Positions 16,660 to 25,067 of a stretch of 32,000 nt of DNA are shown piece by piece (within the stretch, counting starts at the first letter, position 1; every line of letters starts with the position of its first letter). The notes under the pieces are model-generated. The model did no database searches and had not been told where the DNA came from. It worked only from the letters and a program-made list of their open reading frames with translations. Source of the DNA: Trichlorobacter lovleyi SZ (GTDB lineage Bacteria > Desulfobacterota > Desulfuromonadia > Geobacterales > Pseudopelobacteraceae); assembly GCF_000020385.1 (NCBI RefSeq), contig NC_010814.1, positions 150,001 to 182,000 of the forward strand, read 5' to 3'. A program made the position numbers and the translations under genes.

Positions 16660-17811
16660 TTAGAGATCGACTACCTCGCCGTTAAAGCAACGCTCGAATA
16701 TTATTTTCATCTCTTCCGCAGTCGGTTGGCGAGGGTTAGTGCCGGTACAGGGATCGTCCATGGCATTCTGAACCATGGTGTCCAGCTTTTCTTCCCAGAC
16801 CTTCGGGTCAATGCCATAGGACTTGAAGCTATCTTCAATCCCCACACTCTGGCGGAGACGCTCAATCTCCAGGGCAAAATCCTCGACAGTCTTTTTACCG
16901 AGAGCCTGGGCCAAAAGCTGGTATTTGTCTGTGTCAAGACTATTGAAGCGAATCACGTTTGGCATCAGGATGGCGTTGGCGCGACCATGGGGAACACCGA
17001 ACATGCCGCCAATCTGATGGGCAATCGAATGGACGATCCCGAGAATTGCATTGGAAAAGGCCATCCCACCCATGTTGGAGGCGTCGTGCATGGCCTGGCG
17101 AGCCTCAAGGTTGTTGCCGTCTGCATAAGCACGGGGGAGGTTTTCGAAAACCAACCGGACCGAATCCAAGGCAAGCGCATCGGTATATGGGCTGGCCAAT
17201 GCTGCGACGAAGGCCTCTACGTCATGAGACAGTGCGTCCATGCCGGTGTCGGCGGTAACGTTGGGAGGCATGCTCTTGGCCAATTCCCCGTCCACGATGG
17301 CGATGTCGGGGGTAAGCTCATAGGAGACAATCGGATATTTAATCCCTTTGCAAGTGTCAGTGATTATTGTAGCGCAGGTTGCTTCGGTGCCTGTCCCGCT
17401 GGTGGAAGGTATCGCGACAAAGCGTGCCTTATTGCGCAGTGGTTTTATTGTAAATGGCTTGATGATTTCCTCAAAAGTTGCTTCGGGATATTCGTAAAAA
17501 ACCCACATGGCTTTAGCTGCGTCAATGGCCGAACATCCCCCCAGACCAATTATGAGATCAGGGTTCTCACGATTAAAAAACTCCACCCCTCTCAATACTG
17601 TTTCTACTGAAGGATCCGCTTCAACACCTTCGAAAACAGCAGAATCGATACCAGCCTCCCTTAATAAGCTGACGGTCTTGTCCAGGAACCCGAATTTCTT
17701 CATTGAACCGCTACCTGTAACAATAACCGCTTTACGGCCTTCAACCGTTTTCAGGTTTTCCAAAGAGCCAAGCCCGTGATACGTTTTCCGTGGAATGATG
17801 AATGCTGACAT
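16660..17811 (-). CDS. Iron-containing (group III) alcohol dehydrogenase / aldehyde reductase
   Basis: 383 aa from MSAFIIPRKTYHGLGSLENL. GGGS-like motif (GLGGCSAIDAAK) and His-rich metal site (…HSIAHQIGGMFGVPHGRANA). AAGGAG RBS. The 17844 start was rejected. Confidence 0.9.
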   Translation of the reverse strand: MSAFIIPRKTYHGLGSLENLKTVEGRKAVIVTGSGSMKKFGFLDKTVSLLREAGIDSAVFEGVEADPSVETVLRGVEFFNRENPDLIIGLGGCSAIDAAKAMWVFYEYPEATFEEIIKPFTIKPLRNKARFVAIPSTSGTGTEATCATIITDTCKGIKYPIVSYELTPDIAIVDGELAKSMPPNVTADTGMDALSHDVEAFVAALASPYTDALALDSVRLVFENLPRAYADGNNLEARQAMHDASNMGGMAFSNAILGIVHSIAHQIGGMFGVPHGRANAILMPNVIRFNSLDTDKYQLLAQALGKKTVEDFALEIERLRQSVGIEDSFKSYGIDPKVWEEKLDTMVQNAMDDPCTGTNPRQPTAEEMKIIFERCFNGEVVDL

Positions 17812-18010
17812 AATGTTTCTCCTTCTCTCGTTTTTTTGAACCAATTTATAGTCCGATAATATGCAGGATCTATTAATTGATCAATACACGTTTCTCTTGA
17901 AGTCTTGCCTAATTCTATTATATAAAGTACGATACGATAATCAATATGCTAATTTATTGTTTCTTTATACGAAGTGTCGTAATACCGTGACTTACAAGGA
18001 GGGCTTGAAA

Positions 18011-18946
18011 ATGACGCGAGTTTCAGAATCGCAACGAGAAAACAGGTTGGTAGAATTAATTGACTTCCTGGCGACAGGAGAAGGACTCTCTCCCTCCATT
18101 CTCGAGGGGGTACAGTTCATGCGTTCAGACAAGTACACCCCGCCGATTCCGATTATCTATGAGCCTTGTATAGTGATCGTTGGTCAAGGCCGTAAGATTG
18201 GGTACCTGGGAGATCAAGTCTACACCTATGACCCATACAATTACTTGGTGCTTTCGGTGCCGCTACCGTTCGTGTGCGAGACGAAGGCCAGCCCAGAGGA
18301 ACCCTTGCTGGCAGTCTCCATCCGGGTTGATCCGGCTACGTTGGGCGAACTGTTGATGGAAATGGATGATGACACCTCAATGAGTGGAACAGTGCCGCGG
18401 GGGATCTATTCGACACCATTGACCGGTGAACTGATCGATGCCACGGTTAGGTTGCTGGAGTGCCTGCGATCACCCATAGATAGCCGTATCTTAGGGCCAC
18501 AGATCATGAGGGAAATCATCTACAGGGTTCTCTGCGGTGAGCAGGGGGGGGCCTTGCAAGCAGTAGCTGCGCGTCACAGCCGTTTAAGCCAGATTGCCAG
18601 GGTTTTGCGCCGAATTCACACGGCGTATCAGCAAGAGATGAACATCGAAGCCCTTGCTGGGGAGGCCAGCATGAGTGTGTCAACCTTCCACCACAACTTC
18701 AAGGCGGTAACCTCAGTGTCGCCGTTGCAATACCTGAAAAGCATCAGGCTGCACAAGGCGCGGATGCTGATGGTCCAGGATGGCCTCACCGCCAGCAGTG
18801 CCTCTGGGAAGGTCGGCTATGAGAGCGCATCCCAGTTCAGCCGAGAATTCAAGCGATTCTTCGGAAACAGTCCGGCGGATGAAGCCATAAAGCTGCGGGC
18901 ATTGGGACCGGCTTCACTGCACTCTGTCAGCAATACGGGTAACTAA
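18011..18946 (+). CDS. AraC-family regulator with AraC_N (YqhC-like) sensor domain
   Basis: 311 aa from MTRVSESQ (AAGGAGG RBS). The C-terminal double HTH (…STFHHNFKAVTSVSPLQYLKSIRLHKAR…ESASQFSREFKRFFG) is divergent from the adh gene, as in the yqhC-yqhD arrangement. Confidence 0.85.
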   Translation: MTRVSESQRENRLVELIDFLATGEGLSPSILEGVQFMRSDKYTPPIPIIYEPCIVIVGQGRKIGYLGDQVYTYDPYNYLVLSVPLPFVCETKASPEEPLLAVSIRVDPATLGELLMEMDDDTSMSGTVPRGIYSTPLTGELIDATVRLLECLRSPIDSRILGPQIMREIIYRVLCGEQGGALQAVAARHSRLSQIARVLRRIHTAYQQEMNIEALAGEASMSVSTFHHNFKAVTSVSPLQYLKSIRLHKARMLMVQDGLTASSASGKVGYESASQFSREFKRFFGNSPADEAIKLRALGPASLHSVSNTGN

Positions 18947-19029
18947 GCCAGCTAAGATACTTTTAAAAAAATGTCATGCATCTTGCGGAAAAAAACTCAG
19001 CCTGGTGGTTAACGGGGTAAAGTACCGCC

Positions 19030-19101
19030 AAAAGTTGTTTCATTTAGCCGTACAATCGGTTGCTGAAGTCGGATCAGAAAGGTAGCCGCAGGGACAGGGG
19101 T
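19030..19101 (-). pseudogene. comM: Decayed stub of a second comM 3' copy
   Basis: The minus strand reads PCPCGYLSDPTSATDCTAK*, matching the PCPCGYLGDP…C.C start of the comM fragments. It is then interrupted, and homology fades within about 70 bp. Confidence 0.45.
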
Positions 19102-19171
19102 GTGTGCACCTTTCTCTACTATTCTGACTCAAGACGGCACTTGTTCTCAATTCAAATTCCCCTCGAAAAAC
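19086..19171. repeat. Island junction repeat, copy 2
   Basis: CCGCAGGGACAGGGGTGTGTGCACCTTTCTCTACTATTCTGACTCAAGACGGCACTTGTTCTCAATTCAAATTCCCCTCGAAAAAC differs from copy 1 at only a few positions. Confidence 0.8.
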
Positions 19172-19584
19172 AACCTGTTCCCGGTTATCCCGAATTCCCA
19201 ATCACAGTTGGTGAACACATCCGCAAGAAACGGATGGATCTCGGTCTCCTCCAGAGAGAAGTAGCAGAGATCATCGGCGTCACCGAATCCTCTATCTGGA
19301 ACTGGGAGCATGGCACCGAACCAGAACTGCAATATAATCCAAGAATTATCAAATTTCTAGGTTATATTCCGTTCGACTGCCCGGATGACACTGTGGGGCG
19401 GCTTGCGTGGTATAAGAGAGCTATGGGAATGAACCTGGATCATCTGGGTGAAGCTATGGGCCGTGATCCTGAACAATTATCTGACTGGCTGAGTGGAAGA
19501 CATAATCCATTTCTGAAGAACCGGGAGAAGATAGAGCAGTATCTGAAAAATCAAGAAACCTTCCTTCTGCCAGAGAAGAAATAG
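19102..19584 (+). CDS. Tandem-HTH XRE-family protein, island left-end gene (XRE1, copy b)
   Basis: Paralog of 14711..15196 along its whole length. The conserved GTG is at 19102. The TTG at 19060 lies in non-homologous comM-derived DNA and was rejected. Confidence 0.7.
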   Translation: MCTFLYYSDSRRHLFSIQIPLEKQPVPGYPEFPITVGEHIRKKRMDLGLLQREVAEIIGVTESSIWNWEHGTEPELQYNPRIIKFLGYIPFDCPDDTVGRLAWYKRAMGMNLDHLGEAMGRDPEQLSDWLSGRHNPFLKNREKIEQYLKNQETFLLPEKK

Positions 19585-19645
19585 TTGATTGTTTCTTCCG
19601 CAAAGGGAAGCTTTTCATAATTGGAACTTCCGGTACAACCCTTCA

Positions 19646-19984
19646 TCAAAAATCATCATTGACCTTTACCAGTCCACGAATCCGTTTGGGTAGCAGGGCC
19701 AGCTTATCATCGATGTGCCTGCCGAAGGTGTAACGAACTGAATTCTCCTCGTCGTTGAAAAGTTTCACTCCGACTATGTTGGCAACCTCAAACACCAGGC
19801 CGATTTCACATTTCGGATCGCCGCGCTCGATCTTCTGCAAGGTTCTTCTGGAAATCCCCGCCCGTCCGGACAGCTCTTCCTCGGTCATCTTGCGCTCTTT
19901 CCTTCCAAGCCGGATGAGCTTGCCCAGCAGTTCTGCTGCATCTCGGGTCTGACGGAGATATGTACGGTTCACAGGAGAGGCCAT
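19646..19984 (-). CDS. XRE-family HTH protein, HipB-like with C-terminal extension (XRE2, copy a)
   Basis: 112 aa. LIRLGRKERKMTEEELSGRAGISRRTLQKIERGDPKCEIGLVFEVANIVGVKLF. Convergent with XRE1. A near-identical copy lies at 26269..26607. Confidence 0.8.
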   Translation of the reverse strand: MASPVNRTYLRQTRDAAELLGKLIRLGRKERKMTEEELSGRAGISRRTLQKIERGDPKCEIGLVFEVANIVGVKLFNDEENSVRYTFGRHIDDKLALLPKRIRGLVKVNDDF

Positions 19985-20097
19985 AAACCACCGTTAGGCT
20001 ATTATCTTACTCATAATAATACTTATTGAGTACGATAGTAACCAAATGGTGGTAATTAAGTCAAATGCTATACATTCCACAGTTCGCTTTCGCTCTA

Positions 20098-20940
20098 TCA
20101 ACACAATTGAGGTTGCAGGACATTTTTCAGTTTTACTAACGCTCGCTCTTCAATCTGACGTACCCGCTCACGTGAAATGGAAAAGTGGTCCGCAATATCT
20201 TGAAGTGTTAGAGGATCATCATTGGTGATCCTGTGTTCAACAATATATTTCTCTTTTTCGTTCAACCCCTGCAGGGCATGGGCAATTGCTTTCTTCAGTG
20301 AATGCTCCTGCTGATACTCACCGAGCATTTCTTCCTGATTCATCCGGTCGTCAGCAATAGTCTCAAGTATCGTCAGGCCATCGCCCTCAATGATTTCCTC
20401 ATTGAGAGAAACTTCTCCTTTAAGCCGCTGCTCCATTTCTACGACTTCATGATCTGGTACGTGGAGCATACTGGAAACTTCAAATGCGTCGCTATCCCTG
20501 CCGGTTAACTTAAGTAGTGCTTCCTTGGTTTTGCGCAACCCATAAAACAATTTTCTTTGTGCTTGCGTAGTACCAATTTTTACCAGGCTCCAAGCGGAAA
20601 CAATGTAGTTTTGAATGTAAGCACGAATCCACCATACGGCATAAGAAATCAATCGAACCCCTCTATATGGATTGAATTTACGAACCGCCATCATGAGCCC
20701 AATATTGCCCTCCTGAATCAGATCGAGCATTTTCAGGCCGTAATGACGGTATTCGGAAGCGACTTTAACCACATAGCGAAGATTGGAAGTAATGAGGGTA
20801 TGAGCAGCCTCCAGATCCTTTTCCTCAAAGAACTTGACGGCGTAGTCCCTCTCTTCATCTTCTGTAAGTAAATTGAATTTGCGGATTTCGGAAAGATAGA
20901 GGGTAAGACTGTCGGAAATGATTGGCAGATTGGTAACCAT
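20098..20940 (-). CDS. rpoH: RpoH-family (sigma-32-like) heat-shock sigma factor carried on the island
   Basis: 280 aa from MVTNLPII (AGGAGG RBS). Region 2 reads LIQEGNIGLMMAVRKFNPYRGVRLISYAVWWIRAYI. RpoH-box-like QAQRKLFYGLRKTKE. Region 4 HTH reads LQDIADHFSISRERVRQIEERAL. Confidence 0.85.
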   Translation of the reverse strand: MVTNLPIISDSLTLYLSEIRKFNLLTEDEERDYAVKFFEEKDLEAAHTLITSNLRYVVKVASEYRHYGLKMLDLIQEGNIGLMMAVRKFNPYRGVRLISYAVWWIRAYIQNYIVSAWSLVKIGTTQAQRKLFYGLRKTKEALLKLTGRDSDAFEVSSMLHVPDHEVVEMEQRLKGEVSLNEEIIEGDGLTILETIADDRMNQEEMLGEYQQEHSLKKAIAHALQGLNEKEKYIVEHRITNDDPLTLQDIADHFSISRERVRQIEERALVKLKNVLQPQLC

Positions 20941-20969
20941 GACGCACCTCCTGAAAACTTGTATCATGA

Positions 20970-20996
20970 TTAGCACTCTATGGTGCTGACTGCTAA
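20970..20996. promoter_or_regulatory. CIRCE-like inverted repeat (HrcA operator type)
   Basis: TTAGCACTC-N9-GACTGCTAA versus the CIRCE consensus TTAGCACTC-N9-GAGTGCTAA (one mismatch). It lies between the predicted promoter and the start of the rpoH-like gene. Confidence 0.7.
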
Positions 20997-20997
20997 A

Positions 20998-21026
20998 AAT
21001 GTAGCAAATATTTTTAGCAGTTTCAA
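20998..21026 (-). promoter_or_regulatory. Candidate sigma70-type promoter of the rpoH-like gene
   Basis: The minus strand reads TTGAAA-N17-TACATT. The spacer is one arm plus the loop of a second perfect 11-bp inverted repeat, CTGCTAAAAAT-N9-ATTTTTAGCAG (20990-21020), that shares an arm with the CIRCE-like site. Confidence 0.5.
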
Positions 21027-21085
21027 GTAGAAAATCAATATAAGCTACATAATATCAGCGTGTTAACCTTACTAAAAAAACATCT

Positions 21086-21122
21086 CTTCCCCCCTTGATT
21101 TTTTGAAAACAGGAATTATTTA
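21086..21122 (+). promoter_or_regulatory. Candidate sigma32-type promoter of the hsp20 operon
   Basis: TCTTCCCCCCTTGAT (compare the E. coli sigma32 extended -35, TCTC-CCCTTGAA), a 14-nt spacer, then AATTATTTA (a weak match to CCCCATNTA, only ATNTA kept). About 40 nt upstream of the first hsp20 ATG. Confidence 0.45.
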
Positions 21123-21160
21123 TTGATCAGAAAGTCACACATCGAAAGGAGGTAATCCAC

Positions 21161-21610
21161 ATGGCAACCTGGGATGTATTCAAAGAACTGGACACACTGA
21201 GAAGGGAGATCGATGAAGCTTTTCGTGGCGCTGGTTACAGCCGTCCATTTGGCCCGACATTCCTTTCGCCGGTAACAACCCGCCGCTTCCCGCTGGTTAA
21301 CTTCAGCGAGGACGAAGGGCATGTCTATATTGAGGCACTGGTTCCCGGCGTAGATCCAAAGGATGTCGATCTGTCCGTACTACGGAACACTGTCACCATT
21401 AGTGGCGAGCGCAAACCGTTTGTCGAAACGGAAGGCCAGATCGTGCATCGCTCGGAACTCGGCTCCGGCAAGTTCTCCCGCACGTTGGAACTGCCGGTCG
21501 ACATCGACCCTGAGAAGATTTCGGCCCAGTGCAAAGACGGTATCATGCAGATAACACTGGCCAAGGCAGAACATGCCAAGCCAAAGAAAATCGAAATCAG
21601 ACTTTCGTAA
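21161..21610 (+). CDS. Hsp20/alpha-crystallin small heat-shock protein 1
   Basis: 149 aa, alpha-crystallin domain (…YIEALVPGVDPKDVDLSVLRNTVTISGERK…GKFSRTLELPVDIDPEKISAQCKDGIMQITLAK). GAAAGGAGG RBS. Confidence 0.9.
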   Translation: MATWDVFKELDTLRREIDEAFRGAGYSRPFGPTFLSPVTTRRFPLVNFSEDEGHVYIEALVPGVDPKDVDLSVLRNTVTISGERKPFVETEGQIVHRSELGSGKFSRTLELPVDIDPEKISAQCKDGIMQITLAKAEHAKPKKIEIRLS

Positions 21611-21643
21611 TCACACAGACCACTTGGAAAGGAGGTAATTATC

Positions 21644-22042
21644 ATGGCAGCAAACAGCTTGACCGAAAGAAATGATGAACGGAATGTTCAGGCTCGTGAA
21701 GAAACACGGTCGAATGAGAAATATATCCGCCCGGCGGTGAATATCATCGAGACCGAAGAAGGACTTGTCCTTACCGCAGATATTCCCGGTGCATCCAAGG
21801 AAGCTCTCGATGTCAACGTCGAAAAAGGCATCCTGACCATCACTGCGCCGGCCCAGCATACCACGCAGGGAACCTCTGCATATCGTGAATTCGAACTGGC
21901 CAGTTACTACCGGCAGTTCACGATTCCTGAAAGCCTCGACCATGAAAAAGCAAAGGCAGAGTATGTCAACGGTATTCTGACCCTGAAGGTGCCTAAGGCG
22001 GAGGTCGCCAAACCAAAACGGATTTCCGTACAGGTCGGGTAA
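21644..22042 (+). CDS. Hsp20/alpha-crystallin small heat-shock protein 2
   Basis: 132 aa (…LVLTADIPGASKEALDVNVEKGILTITA…YRQFTIPESLDHEKAKAEYVNGILTLKVPK). GAAAGGAGG RBS. Confidence 0.9.
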   Translation: MAANSLTERNDERNVQAREETRSNEKYIRPAVNIIETEEGLVLTADIPGASKEALDVNVEKGILTITAPAQHTTQGTSAYREFELASYYRQFTIPESLDHEKAKAEYVNGILTLKVPKAEVAKPKRISVQVG

Positions 22043-22071
22043 GGAAGGAGCATTAACGGGAGGTGATCACA

Positions 22072-22554
22072 ATGTCTAACCTGTTGCCTGAAAGATGGAG
22101 TGAGGCGCTGGAGCGGGTTAACGACAAGATCGGCCATTTCCTGACCAAGGTGGCGCCATGGAAGAAACAGGAACAGTCACCTGAAAGGATAACAACCGAT
22201 ACCCTTCCAGCATTCATGAAACTTGGTGGTCCGCTGCTGGACATGCATGAGACCCCTGAAGAGCTGATTGTCAGGGCAGAAGTACCGGGACTGAATAAAG
22301 ATGACTTTTCAGTCGAGCTTGTCGGCAGGCGGTTGACAATACATGGAGAGAAGAAAATCGTACGAGAACAGAAAGGGGGTGATGGGTGCCTTATTTCAGA
22401 ACGCAGGTACGGCAGTTTTTCCCGCAGCATCTCGCTGCCGTACGATATAGATGAGAAGACCATTAAAGCGGACCTCAAACAGGGGGTCCTCACGGTCCGG
22501 CTCCCAAAGCCGGAAAAGGAACAGCATACCCGCTATCGGGTGCCTGTCTCCTGA
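22072..22554 (+). CDS. Hsp20/alpha-crystallin small heat-shock protein 3
   Basis: 160 aa from ATG 22072 (GGGAGGTG RBS; the GTG at 22063 is less likely). …LIVRAEVPGLNKDDFSVELVGRRLTIHGEKK…GSFSRSISLPYDIDEKTIKADLKQGVLTVRLPK. Confidence 0.9.
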   Translation: MSNLLPERWSEALERVNDKIGHFLTKVAPWKKQEQSPERITTDTLPAFMKLGGPLLDMHETPEELIVRAEVPGLNKDDFSVELVGRRLTIHGEKKIVREQKGGDGCLISERRYGSFSRSISLPYDIDEKTIKADLKQGVLTVRLPKPEKEQHTRYRVPVS

Positions 22555-22570
22555 ATCAGCAGATTGTACC

Positions 22571-22592
22571 GAGGGCCGCTTCAGCGGCCCTC
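22571..22592 (+). terminator. Hairpin after the third hsp20 (possible partial terminator or attenuator)
   Basis: GAGGGCCGC-TTCA-GCGGCCCTC, a 9-bp perfect stem with only a weak T-rich tail (ACTATTTC). Confidence 0.4.
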
Positions 22593-22628
22593 ACTATTTC
22601 GGCAGGGTAATAATGGCAGGTGAACGTT

Positions 22629-23573
22629 ATGAACAACTACCAGGACTACTACAAAACACTCGGCGTCGAGAAAAAAGCAACTCAGGATGAAATCCAGCGG
22701 GCGTATCGCAAGCTGGCTCGCAAATACCATCCTGACATTAATAAGGAAAGCTCCGCTGAGGAAAAGTTCAAACAGCTCAATGAAGCCTACGAGGTTCTGG
22801 GTGACCCGGAAAAAAGAGCCAAGTATGATCATCTCGGCAGCGGTTGGGATGGGCAATTTGCCAATCAGGGTTATCAGGATGGCGATAATGTCCAATACCA
22901 TTACTCCAATGCCGACCCGGGGCAGTTCAGTGACTTCTTCCAGAACCTGTTCGGTGGTGGCGGATGGAACTTCACGGAGGAAAGCAATTTTCATGGTGGC
23001 GGCGTCAGGAGGCGTCGGGGGCGCGACCATGAAACCGCCATCAACATATCATTGGCTGATGCCTACCATGGCGCAAAGAAGAGCATCGAACTAGAGCGGG
23101 CTGAACTGGGCAGTGACGGCAGGCCGACCAGAACCAGGCGCAGCTATGATATCACCATCCCCCAAGGAGTGACTGATGGCTCCTTGATCCGCCTGGCTAA
23201 CCAAGGCGGGAGCGGGAGCGGTGGTGGAGATGCAGGAGACCTGTTTCTGCGGGTGAACATACTTCCCGATAGTCGCTTCACGCTCAACGGACACGACCTT
23301 GCCACTACCGTTGATATAGCTCCCTGGGAGGCTGCCCTGGGAGGGAAAGTCTTGGTGCCTACTGTCGATGGGCGCATTAACCTTTCCGTGCCCGCCGGCA
23401 CCCAAAGCGGTCAGAGCCTGCGGGTGCGTGGAAAGGGAATGCCGGTCGCCCCGGGCAGGTTCGGCGACCTGCTGGTAAATGTCCGCATTGTTGTGCCACA
23501 GCATCTCACAGCCAGGGAGCGGCACCTCTTTGAAGAACTGGCAAAAGAATCACGATTTGAGCCGCGAAAGTAA
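22629..23573 (+). CDS. cbpA: DnaJ-class co-chaperone without zinc finger (CbpA type)
   Basis: J-domain [35 protein letters not shown]-rich linker, no CxxCxGxG repeats, and C-terminal substrate-binding domains. Followed by a cbpM-like gene. Confidence 0.85.
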   Translation: MNNYQDYYKTLGVEKKATQDEIQRAYRKLARKYHPDINKESSAEEKFKQLNEAYEVLGDPEKRAKYDHLGSGWDGQFANQGYQDGDNVQYHYSNADPGQFSDFFQNLFGGGGWNFTEESNFHGGGVRRRRGRDHETAINISLADAYHGAKKSIELERAELGSDGRPTRTRRSYDITIPQGVTDGSLIRLANQGGSGSGGGDAGDLFLRVNILPDSRFTLNGHDLATTVDIAPWEAALGGKVLVPTVDGRINLSVPAGTQSGQSLRVRGKGMPVAPGRFGDLLVNVRIVVPQHLTARERHLFEELAKESRFEPRK

Positions 23574-23586
23574 CTGAGGTACAGCC

Positions 23587-23889
23587 ATGACAGTCCAACA
23601 CTATGAAATTATTATCAGCAGAAAGCATGAACTGGTCTCCGTGCCGGGGATAACCATCCATGAGTTGAGCAGGCTGTGCGATTGTCACCTGACGGTGGCG
23701 AGACGGCTCTTCTCAATCGGCCTCATTGAACCGTTGACTGCCGGAGATACTCCGCTGTTTGATCAAAGCGCCGTGGTTCGGGCACGCAAAGCACTGCGAC
23801 TGAAACGGGACCTGCGGCTCAATTTCGATGCCATTGCCCTGGTAATGGATTTACTTGACCGCATCGACGAACTGGAACGACGAATATAA
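23587..23889 (+). CDS. cbpM: Chaperone-modulator protein CbpM (MerR-like)
   Basis: 100 aa directly downstream of cbpA. MerR-like HTH (ITIHELSRLCDCHLTVARRLFSIGLI) and C-terminal LVMDLLDRIDELERR, typical of CbpM. Confidence 0.75.
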   Translation: MTVQHYEIIISRKHELVSVPGITIHELSRLCDCHLTVARRLFSIGLIEPLTAGDTPLFDQSAVVRARKALRLKRDLRLNFDAIALVMDLLDRIDELERRI

Positions 23890-23914
23890 GCAATACCCTG
23901 ACAGGAGCTCAACC

Positions 23915-25042
23915 ATGATACAGAAAACTGCCGATCCGTTCCTGCGCCGCCTGCGTTGGTTGACCATCGCCGTTATCACCGTACTGTTTGCCTGGCATGC
24001 CCTGTCATGGGCAGACCGGGCTTTCCAGAAAGAATCGGCAACCCCACGTGCGGTTACCGCCCGCGGCGATCTGGCTGCCGATGAGAAATCGACCATTGAA
24101 CTGTTCGAGCGTTCACGAGATTCGGTCGTGTATATATCGACTTCAGAACGGGTCATGGACTTCTGGAGCCGCAATATCTTCACCATACCTCGTGGTACTG
24201 GATCAGGTTTCATCTGGGACGATAAAGGGCATATTGTAACAAACTTTCATGTTATCGAAGGGGCTTCAGAGGCCCGGGTCAGATTGTCGGACGGCAAGGA
24301 GTACAAGGCCAGTCTGGTCGGCGCCAGCCCCATGCACGATCTTGCTGTGCTGAAGATCGGCACCCGCTTCAAAGGACATTCGCTGCCGGTTGGCACCTCA
24401 CACAACCTGAAGGTCGGCCAGAAGGTCTTTGCCATCGGCAACCCGTTCGGTCTCGACTGGACCCTGACCACCGGGATCGTCTCTGCTCTGGACCGGTCAT
24501 TGAAGGGAGAATCCGGCAGCATCATCGAGCATCTGATCCAGACCGATGCCGCCATCAACCCGGGCAACTCCGGTGGGCCACTCCTTGATTCAGCCGGCCG
24601 GCTCATCGGCATCAATACCGCTATTTACAGTCCGTCCGGCGCATCAGCCGGAGTAGGGTTTGCCGTGCCGGTGGATACCGTCAACCGGGTGGTTCCACAA
24701 CTGATTGGTCAAGGGAAATATGTTCGTCCATCCCTGGGAATTGAAATTGACCAGGATCTCAACGAGGCGATTACGGAGCAGCTTGGCGTCAAAGGTGTGG
24801 CAATACTTAAGGTGCGTTCAAATTCTCCGGCAGCGCGGGCAGGGTTCAGAGGCATAACCATTAATCGTGACCGAACAATTACTCCTGGTGATATAATTAC
24901 AGCCGTACAAGGAAAACAGGTCGAAACGATTCCCAAATTGCTGGCTCGATTGGATGACTTCAAAGTGGGCGATACGGTGACCATCACCATTCTCCGTGAT
25001 GGCAAACAGCAGCAGCGCAGCGTTCAGTTGCAGGCAGAGTAA
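23915..25042 (+). CDS. S1C (DegS/HtrA-type) serine protease with N-terminal membrane anchor and one PDZ domain
   Basis: 375 aa from MIQKTADPF (CAGGAG RBS). Triad contexts are TNFHVIEG, HDLAVLKI and GNSGGPLL. C-terminal PDZ (…GDIITAVQGKQVETIPKLLARL…). Confidence 0.85.
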   Translation: MIQKTADPFLRRLRWLTIAVITVLFAWHALSWADRAFQKESATPRAVTARGDLAADEKSTIELFERSRDSVVYISTSERVMDFWSRNIFTIPRGTGSGFIWDDKGHIVTNFHVIEGASEARVRLSDGKEYKASLVGASPMHDLAVLKIGTRFKGHSLPVGTSHNLKVGQKVFAIGNPFGLDWTLTTGIVSALDRSLKGESGSIIEHLIQTDAAINPGNSGGPLLDSAGRLIGINTAIYSPSGASAGVGFAVPVDTVNRVVPQLIGQGKYVRPSLGIEIDQDLNEAITEQLGVKGVAILKVRSNSPAARAGFRGITINRDRTITPGDIITAVQGKQVETIPKLLARLDDFKVGDTVTITILRDGKQQQRSVQLQAE

Positions 25043-25067
25043 GCACAATCAAGCCAGGAGAAGCGGA

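Noticed and set aside
16175-17610. ORFs 16175..16504 (+) and 16726..17610 (+, 294 aa).
   Set aside because: They are exact antisense shadows of the ybiI-like and Fe-ADH genes, which have strong homology signatures and RBSs.
19060-19101. Upstream TTG (19060) and ATG (28969) starts given by the track for XRE1 copies b and c.
   Set aside because: These codons lie in comM-derived DNA that is not homologous between copies, so the shared protein cannot begin there.
23855-23914. Longer start (23855) for the HtrA-type protease, overlapping cbpM.
   Set aside because: ATG 23915 has a CAGGAG RBS and begins right at the membrane-anchor segment. The extension overlaps the cbpM 3' end.
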